From an uncultured Porphyromonadaceae bacterium (GTDB taxonomy: Bacteria; Bacteroidota; Bacteroidia; Bacteroidales; Muribaculaceae), in contig CAMWID010000002.1 of NCBI GenBank assembly GCA_947174235.1, positions 62,833-126,832 on the forward strand: 64,000 nt of DNA. The letters run 5' to 3'. Shown here one piece after another: positions 57,474 to 64,000 of this stretch; position 1 is the first letter of the stretch, and every line of letters starts with the position of its first letter. The translations under genes were made by a program, and so were the position numbers. Under the pieces are notes generated by a model. The model saw only the letters and a list, made by a program, of their open reading frames with translations, had not been told where the DNA came from and did no database searches.

Positions 57474-58622
57474 TCAACGGCTGAAGAGAGATCCGGGGAG
57501 AACGCGGCAATTATATGATGACGCCATCACTTCGCCGTATGCCCCCGCCGAACGCATGGCTATAAGGTCGCCGCGTTTTGAAAGCGGAAGAAGCTCGTCA
57601 GTGCCGAAAGTGTCTGAAGATTCACATATCGGACCGACCACGTCATATACAACTTCTTCAGATGATGTGGAGGTGAGATTCTCGATCTTGTGATGTGCCT
57701 GATAGAGCGCGGGACGAATCAGGGCTGTCATGCCTGCATCGAGGATCAGGAATTTTTTACCGATTCCTTCCTTGACATAGGTGACCCGGGAAATAAGCGA
57801 TCCGCATTGCGCCACAATCGCCCTTCCAAGTTCAAAATGCACCTGCTGCCCGGGTCTGAGCTTAAGGTTTTCGTGAAATATAGAGAAATAGCTCCGGAAG
57901 TCCGGAATCGGGTTCTTGTCGGGGTCATCATAATCGATCCCGAGTCCACCACCGACGTTGATAGAAGCGAACTCTATCCCTTTATACTTGTCCTGAAGCT
58001 CGTTGATTCTCTCGCATAGTATTTTGAAAGGAGTGAGATCCGTCACCTGTGACCCGATGTGGAAGTGAAGTCCCTTGAACTCTATCCATTCGGATTTGAG
58101 GCAACGTTCTATCAGACGTTCCAGCATAGGGAGGGGAATGCCGAATTTGTTTTCGGCGAGTCCTGTCGTGATATAATGATGGGTATGTGCATCGATCTCC
58201 GGATTTACCCGTAAAGCGACAGGGGCTTTTTTCCCCGCCTCTTTTGCAATAGCCTCTATAGCCTCTATCTCAGGTTCGGATTCGGCGTTGAAACATCCTA
58301 TCCCATATTCGAGAGCCACCGCTATTTCCTCATCAGTCTTGCCTACACCGGCAAATACAATCTTGGGTGCCGGGAACCCGGCGTCGATAGCGGCTTTTAT
58401 CTCCCCGAGGCTCACGGTGTCGGCTCCAAGACCTGACGCCGCTATGCGTTTGAGAATCTCAGGATTCGCATTCGCTTTGACAGCGTAATGGACATGAAAC
58501 CCCGGATAATCGGCAGTACGCCTTACAGTCTCAAGGGTATTGTCAAGGAGTTTTACGTCATAATAATAGAATGGCGTACGTTCGGCGCGCATTCTGTCTA
58601 ATGGGAAATAAGTCTTTTCCAT
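57474..58622 (-). CDS. lysA: Diaminopimelate decarboxylase
   Basis: YAVKAN (PLP lysine), HFHIGSQ, ELGR, VGPICESSD, AGAYG. Confidence 0.96.
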   Translation of the reverse strand: MEKTYFPLDRMRAERTPFYYYDVKLLDNTLETVRRTADYPGFHVHYAVKANANPEILKRIAASGLGADTVSLGEIKAAIDAGFPAPKIVFAGVGKTDEEIAVALEYGIGCFNAESEPEIEAIEAIAKEAGKKAPVALRVNPEIDAHTHHYITTGLAENKFGIPLPMLERLIERCLKSEWIEFKGLHFHIGSQVTDLTPFKILCERINELQDKYKGIEFASINVGGGLGIDYDDPDKNPIPDFRSYFSIFHENLKLRPGQQVHFELGRAIVAQCGSLISRVTYVKEGIGKKFLILDAGMTALIRPALYQAHHKIENLTSTSSEEVVYDVVGPICESSDTFGTDELLPLSKRGDLIAMRSAGAYGEVMASSYNCRVLPGSLFSR

Positions 58623-58624
58623 TA

Positions 58625-59935
58625 TCAGAAAATATTTTCGCTAAGAAGTTTCAGTGCTTTGATTTTATCTTCCTTACGGATGAGCAGAGATATATTGTAA
58701 TTGCTGCCGCCATAAGATATCATTCTGACAGGCACGTCCTTAAGTGCGTTGACCACGGTGGCTTCAAACCCTTTGTTTTCCCACTGCAGGTCACCTACAA
58801 CGCACACTATGACCATGTCGTGATCGACAGTGACATCCCCGAGTTCCGACAGCTCCCTGACTATGCTGTCAAGACAGCGCTCATTGTCGATTGTCACAGA
58901 CACGCCGACCTCAGAAGTCGTGATCATGTCGATAGGGGTGTGGTATTTCTCAAAAATTTCAAATACTTTGCGCAGGAATCCATATGCGAGGAGCATGTGG
59001 CTGCTCTTGATCTTTATGGCTGTGATATTGTCTTTTGCCGCGACAGCCTTGATAGTGTGGGTGGGTTCGGCGTTGTAGATTGTAGTTCCCGGAGCTTCCG
59101 GTTCCATAGTGTTGAGGAGCCTTACCGGAATATTCGCATGTTTTGCGGGCAGCACACACGTGGGATGAAGAATTTTTGCTCCGAAATATGCGAGTTCCGC
59201 CGCCTCTTCAAAATGTAGTTCGCTTACCGGAGTGGTGCCTTCTACAAATCTCGGGTCATTGTTGTGCATGCCGTCGATGTCAGTCCATATCTGGATTTCT
59301 TCTGCATCCGTGGCGGCTCCCAGCAGGGATGCGGTATAGTCACTTCCTCCGCGCTGGAGATTGTCGATCTCTCCGTCCATATTCCGGCAAATGAATCCCT
59401 GGGTGAGATAAATCTGATGTCCCGGATGGGCGGCAAGTGTTTCCATCGTTTTTTCTTTGATGAAATTCTGATCCGGCTCGCCGTTTCGGTCGATACGCAT
59501 GAATTCTGTGGCGTCAAGGAGAATCGCGTCAAGACCTATCTGACGCATGTAGAGAGATACGAGATTTGTGGAGAGTTTTTCTCCAAACGCCACGACTTCC
59601 TTTTCCTCTTTTATAGAGAATGGGCGGTCAACATATCCACGCAGAGATGAGAAGACTTCATCTATATATGTCAAAGCCTTGTCCCGCAGTTCTGTATCCG
59701 ACAACAGCTCGGCAGCCGTGTCCTTGTACTTGATCTCAAGGTCATCAATCTGTTTTCGTGCATTGCCCGGCTCCGCATCATGAATGCTCTGTGAAATACT
59801 TATGAGGCTGTTTGTGGTGCCCGACATAGCGCTGAGCACGACCAAGACGTTGCCTTCGGCAGCCACAAGGGCTACCATGTTCTTCATCCTTTGGGCGCTT
59901 CCGACGGAAGTGCCGCCAAATTTCATTACCTTCAT
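58625..59935 (-). CDS. lysC: Aspartate kinase
   Basis: KFGGTSVG, RGGSDYTA, IWTDIDG, ELAYFGAKILHP, two ACT domains; 2 bp from lysA. Confidence 0.95.
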   Translation of the reverse strand: MKVMKFGGTSVGSAQRMKNMVALVAAEGNVLVVLSAMSGTTNSLISISQSIHDAEPGNARKQIDDLEIKYKDTAAELLSDTELRDKALTYIDEVFSSLRGYVDRPFSIKEEKEVVAFGEKLSTNLVSLYMRQIGLDAILLDATEFMRIDRNGEPDQNFIKEKTMETLAAHPGHQIYLTQGFICRNMDGEIDNLQRGGSDYTASLLGAATDAEEIQIWTDIDGMHNNDPRFVEGTTPVSELHFEEAAELAYFGAKILHPTCVLPAKHANIPVRLLNTMEPEAPGTTIYNAEPTHTIKAVAAKDNITAIKIKSSHMLLAYGFLRKVFEIFEKYHTPIDMITTSEVGVSVTIDNERCLDSIVRELSELGDVTVDHDMVIVCVVGDLQWENKGFEATVVNALKDVPVRMISYGGSNYNISLLIRKEDKIKALKLLSENIF

Positions 59936-60246
59936 ATTTAAACTGGATCGAATTTACAGATGGATGCCAATAGACATATAACGACACCTATAAATGAAAA
60001 ACATTTAAATGATAAACACTGTAGAAAAACTACCTGTAGAAAATTTGCGCAAATTTAATAAAAATGATTCATAAAACCCTAATATTGTTGTCTCAAACAT
60101 TTCATTTTATGAAAAAATTAAGAAATATGCAGAAAAAATTGAAAAAAGATGAATCGGAGGTTATTCCGGCAAGGAACAGGTAATGGGAAATATGCAATTC
60201 AGTCAGCATGCGTCAACATTTACGGATGACGGTTGTTTGAAAAGTT

Positions 60247-61149
60247 ATGAAAATTCCACTGTTGACTATACTGATGACGCTGTGTATGCACCTGTCATGT
60301 TATTCTCAGTTCGATATGGTCGAGCCGGTCAATCAATCCGACTACGGCATGGTAAAGACAAATCTGACACTGGGATATGACCGTGCGTTCGGCTCGGTTC
60401 CCGACAATATATCCGCTCGTGTGTCGTATCAGATAATAAACAAGCCATTCCTTACATTCTCTGCAAATGCAAGGATCAATACTCTATGGGCAAATTTTGA
60501 TTCTTCCGACTTGTCGAAAGATATGGATGCATGGGACATCGGATTGAACGGCAACCATTCATATGGAAGTTTTGGATTTACAGCCACCGGTTTTCTTCCA
60601 TTATTCGGCAAGCCTCTCGCATTGCTGACAGTGGGGAATGCCGAATGGTCGAATCATTGTTTCGGCAGAGTATCCGGTCTTGTGGCGGGTGTGTATCTTT
60701 TTAAGCTTACGCCAGACACCCAATTCGGCGCAGGTGTGCTCGGAATGATCAATACGGCATCCAAGATACCGGTACTTCCTGTCATCATTTTCCGTCACAG
60801 GTTTGATTCCTCCTGGGCGATAAATATATATGGAGGACTGTTTGGACTGGAACATAGGTTGAACGATAACAATATGCTTACCTTGGGAGCGGATCTTGAT
60901 GTGCGCAGCTTTTATTTCAAACCCCATGTGGAAGGCTGGCCGGAAAAATGCCGTTTCACAATGACCTCATTACGACCGGCGTTGAAATTCAAACACCGTT
61001 TTTATAAGAACTTCTATGGGGAGGTTCATGCGGGAGTCTCGTTTAAAATATCAGGCAGGGTATCGGGTGTGACCGGCAAGGCGCGGTATCTCGATTTCTC
61101 TGAAAAGCCGGCTTTCTTTTTAAAAGGAGTGCTCAGCTATGCGTTGTGA
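60247..61149 (+). CDS. Hypothetical exported protein, probable outer-membrane beta-barrel (DUF6268-like)
   Basis: Signal peptide; alternating amphipathic strands; VLPVIIFRHRF. Confidence 0.6.
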   Translation: MKIPLLTILMTLCMHLSCYSQFDMVEPVNQSDYGMVKTNLTLGYDRAFGSVPDNISARVSYQIINKPFLTFSANARINTLWANFDSSDLSKDMDAWDIGLNGNHSYGSFGFTATGFLPLFGKPLALLTVGNAEWSNHCFGRVSGLVAGVYLFKLTPDTQFGAGVLGMINTASKIPVLPVIIFRHRFDSSWAINIYGGLFGLEHRLNDNNMLTLGADLDVRSFYFKPHVEGWPEKCRFTMTSLRPALKFKHRFYKNFYGEVHAGVSFKISGRVSGVTGKARYLDFSEKPAFFLKGVLSYAL

Positions 61150-61175
61150 CAGCGTGAGGTTTTGGCAATATTATG

Positions 61176-61237
61176 AAAAAATAGCATGTCGCACACCCCC
61201 GCCGCTCTTTGGCAGGGATGTGCGACACGCAATTTTT
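61176..61237. terminator. Bidirectional terminator-like hairpin between convergent genes
   Basis: tgtcgcaca (61187-61195) / tgtgcgaca (61219-61227) stem flanked by A- and T-runs. Confidence 0.65.
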
Positions 61238-61262
61238 CATTGCATTATGATTATTTTGATGA

Positions 61263-63395
61263 TTATTTTGCTTCGGGGGTCATTCCGATATTCTCAAATA
61301 TGAAAGAATATATGTCGGCATATTCATCAATGACTTTCGACATGGGTTTTCCACCTCCGTGTCCGGCTTTGCTGTCGATGCGGATAAGCTTTGGAGCGTC
61401 GCCGGTGTCAGATGCCTGAAGGGTGGCGGCATACTTGAATGAGTGCGCCGGGACAACCCTGTCATCATGATCTGCGGTTGTCACGAGAATTGCGGGATAA
61501 GGGGTTCCGTCGTTCTTTATGTTGTGGATAGGAGAGTAAGACAGGAGATAGTCTGCCATCTCTTTGGAGTCGGCACTCGTACCGTAGTCAGATGCCCAGT
61601 TCCAACCGATGGTGAAAAGATGGTAGCGCATCATATCCATCACACCCACTTCCGGAATAGCAACCTTGAATAGGTCTGGACGGAGATTCACAGTGGCGCC
61701 CACAAGCAGCCCGCCGTTGCTTCCGCCGACAATTGCGAGATGTTCCGGTGAAGTCCATCCTTCATTTACCAGATACTCTCCGGCAGCGATGAAGTCGTTG
61801 AAAACATTCATCTTGTTCATCTTTGTTCCGGCGAGATGCCATTCCTCACCATATTCGGAGCCGCCGCGAAGATTTGCCTGTGCATAAATGCCTCCGTTTT
61901 CAAGCCACAGCATCCTGTTGGCGGAGAATCCGGGAGGGAGAGAGACATTGAAGCCTCCGTATCCATAAAGGTAGACAGGATTTTTACCATTCTTTTCAAG
62001 ACCCTTTTTGTAGGTGATGAACATTGGTATTTTTGTGCCGTCGGCGGAAGGATAAAACACTTGTTCCGTCACGTAGTCATCCATATTGACACCGTTGATT
62101 TCCGGTGCGCCGATAAACTTGCTTTCCCCGGTCTCGATGTCATATGAATATCTGGCGGCAGGATATACAAAAGAGGTAAGTGCGTAATAGACTTCATTGT
62201 GGTCTTTATCGGAAGAAATTCCGATTGTGCCGAATGTCGGCAATTCAATTTCCCGGATAAGTTTACCGTCAGAAGTATAGACATATGCGTGTTCGGCGGC
62301 GTCCTCCTCAAAAGTGACGATCAGTTTGTCGCCGGCGAACTGGGCTGCCGCCATTACACCTTTCCCTTCAGGGATAACCTCTTTCCAGTTCTCTTTCTGC
62401 GGACGGTTAAGATCTGCCACCATAAGACGGTTTTTCGGGGCATTCCAGTTGGTCAAGATATAAGCCTTGTCTCCGATTGTTTCCATCACATTCATTTCGT
62501 AGTCCTGCGTTGGCTCCATCACCACCCAGTCGCCCCCTTTCTTAAGATTCTTGACCTTGATGGAATTTCCGAGACCTTGTCCCGCACCTGTAAGGAACAT
62601 CCATGTCTCATCCTCAGGAACAAAAGCGGAATGGAAATAAAGGGGATGTTCTTTGTCTTCATATACGAGGCGGTCTTCATTTTGGGAAGTGCCGATCTTG
62701 TGATAATATATCTGATGGTTTTCGTTGGCATTTGAAAATTCCTTCCCTTTTTCAGGACGCGGATAGGCGCTGTAGTAGAACCCGTCGCCGTCCCATTCAG
62801 CTCCGGTGAATTTTGCCCATTCGATATGGTCGTCGAGCAATTTGCCGGTCTTGGCGTCCATCACAAATATCTCGTTCCAGTCAGAGCCGCTTCTTGAAAT
62901 AATATACGCGGCGTATTTCCCGTTGTTGGAGAAACTTATCCCCTGGAGCGCTACGGTGCCATCTTCAGAGAGAGTATTCGGATCAAGGAAAACTTCAGGT
63001 GTGCCGTTGAGAGAGTCGGTACGGTAGAGTACGCTTTGGTTCTGAAGCCCGTCGTTCTCATAGAAATAATATTTGCCGTCTTTGTGTTTGGACGGTAGTC
63101 CGGTTTTTTTGTAATTGTTGAGGGCAGTGAGCCTTTCCCTGATCGTATTTCTGAAAGGTATTTTTGAAAGGTATGCCTCTGTTATGGCGTTTTCGGCTTT
63201 CACCCATTCAAGAGTTGCGGGAGCCGTGTCGTTTTCGAGGGGTCGGTAGGGGTCGGCGACGACAGTGCCGAAATAATCATCGGTCACCGATGCGTCGGTG
63301 GGAGCGGCGGGATATTCTATCTTTGTAGAAGAACAGGAAGCCGCGATCATGCCGGTCATTGCAGACATAAGAGCAGTTTTAAAGAGTCGGTTCAT
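61263..63395 (-). CDS. Prolyl oligopeptidase (S9A), lipoprotein
   Basis: Lipobox AASC; DPYRPLE; GGSNGGLL (catalytic Ser), DDRV (Asp), AGHGGGK (His). Confidence 0.95.
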   Translation of the reverse strand: MNRLFKTALMSAMTGMIAASCSSTKIEYPAAPTDASVTDDYFGTVVADPYRPLENDTAPATLEWVKAENAITEAYLSKIPFRNTIRERLTALNNYKKTGLPSKHKDGKYYFYENDGLQNQSVLYRTDSLNGTPEVFLDPNTLSEDGTVALQGISFSNNGKYAAYIISRSGSDWNEIFVMDAKTGKLLDDHIEWAKFTGAEWDGDGFYYSAYPRPEKGKEFSNANENHQIYYHKIGTSQNEDRLVYEDKEHPLYFHSAFVPEDETWMFLTGAGQGLGNSIKVKNLKKGGDWVVMEPTQDYEMNVMETIGDKAYILTNWNAPKNRLMVADLNRPQKENWKEVIPEGKGVMAAAQFAGDKLIVTFEEDAAEHAYVYTSDGKLIREIELPTFGTIGISSDKDHNEVYYALTSFVYPAARYSYDIETGESKFIGAPEINGVNMDDYVTEQVFYPSADGTKIPMFITYKKGLEKNGKNPVYLYGYGGFNVSLPPGFSANRMLWLENGGIYAQANLRGGSEYGEEWHLAGTKMNKMNVFNDFIAAGEYLVNEGWTSPEHLAIVGGSNGGLLVGATVNLRPDLFKVAIPEVGVMDMMRYHLFTIGWNWASDYGTSADSKEMADYLLSYSPIHNIKNDGTPYPAILVTTADHDDRVVPAHSFKYAATLQASDTGDAPKLIRIDSKAGHGGGKPMSKVIDEYADIYSFIFENIGMTPEAK

Positions 63396-63621
63396 GTCGG
63401 TTTAGGTTGATAAACTTGAAAAAAGAAAGGAGAAGCAAATATTCTCCCGGACAGTCTCTCCCGCATGAGCGTAAGAAACGATGCCGACAGCAAATTTAAT
63501 CAAAATTTTTTATAAGATAAATAAAATTCAATGAATATCACATGAATGACACATATCTATTGATTATGATTGGAGATTAAGACAAGTTTGGTTAATTTTG
63601 TGATAAAATATAATTCGAGCC

Positions 63622-64000
63622 ATGAAACGGACCATACTTGCATTTTTGCTTTCATTTTTATTCCTTTCTATATATGCCAATCCTGTAGACAGGCTTATCG
63701 AGCGTATTGACAAAGGATCTTCCAAAAAGTTCAAGACAGAACTTATCTCCGGAGATAAGGATTTCTTTGAGCTTGACCAGGAAAAAGACAAGGTAGTTGT
63801 CAGAGGCAACACCTGGGTCAACATCGCCGTGGGAGTCAATTGGTATCTCAAACATTATGCCGGCATTCATCTGTCGTGGAACGGCATGACCGCCGTGCTT
63901 CCGGACTCTCTTCCGCGAGTGGATAAGCCGGAACGGCGGGAGACGGATCTTTCATTGCGTTATGATTTCAATTATTGTACCTTCTCGTATTCAATGCCTT
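63622..64000 (+). CDS. GH89 alpha-N-acetylglucosaminidase, partial (5' end)
   Basis: Manual translation MKRTILAFLLSFLFLSIYANPVDRLIERID...GVNWYLKHYAGIHLSWNG...LRYDFNYCTFSYSMP; TAATTTTG element at 63593-63600. Confidence 0.88.
   Translation, partial: MKRTILAFLLSFLFLSIYANPVDRLIERIDKGSSKKFKTELISGDKDFFELDQEKDKVVVRGNTWVNIAVGVNWYLKHYAGIHLSWNGMTAVLPDSLPRVDKPERRETDLSLRYDFNYCTFSYSMP

Noticed and set aside
60019-60043. ctgtagaaaa direct repeat near the lysC promoter
   Set aside because: Only a 10-bp, two-copy, AT-rich match with no second occurrence near related genes, so evidence is insufficient.
59936-60246. Lysine riboswitch or leader peptide upstream of lysC
   Set aside because: The leader is short (~110 nt from a TAAATTTG element), AT-rich and unstructured, and the overlapping 69-aa ORF is not Lys-rich in a regulatory position.

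Overview
Chromosomal window from a Bacteroidales gut bacterium. Muribaculaceae/Prevotella-like origin is an inference from the Bacteroidetes TAnnTTTG promoters, Sus systems and a T9SS-type C-terminal signal. In order: (1) a complete beta-1,6-glucan PUL on the minus strand (SusR-like regulator, SusC, SusD, GH30, SGBP, GH3), syntenic with B. thetaiotaomicron BT3309-BT3314; (2) a type V (Mfa/Fim) pilus locus, preceded by a thioredoxin-like lipoprotein gene and a ~590-nt hairpin-rich leader, with five pilin-family lipoproteins, a DUF3575-like barrel and a DUF3868/OmpA-like protein; (3) a ~27-kb double fructan PUL: fructokinase, MFS permease and GH32 on the minus strand, then two tandem HTCS-SusC-SusD-SGBP-GH32 modules; (4) alkaline phosphatase, a small Cys-rich ORF, a GH3-PA14 glycosidase, lysC-lysA, a putative outer-membrane barrel, prolyl oligopeptidase and the start of a GH89 gene. 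The most unusual signals are a perfect 161-bp direct repeat shared by the promoters and first 40 codons of two otherwise divergent susC genes (bounding a self-contained 12,041-bp module), a LamG-GH32 with an NECHG nucleophile motif and T9SS-type tail, the structured pilus leader, and a 16-bp candidate operator flanking the SusR-like gene. No rRNA, tRNA, CRISPR array, transposase, recombinase or reverse transcriptase was recognised. Family assignments come from motif recognition and recall, not database searches.
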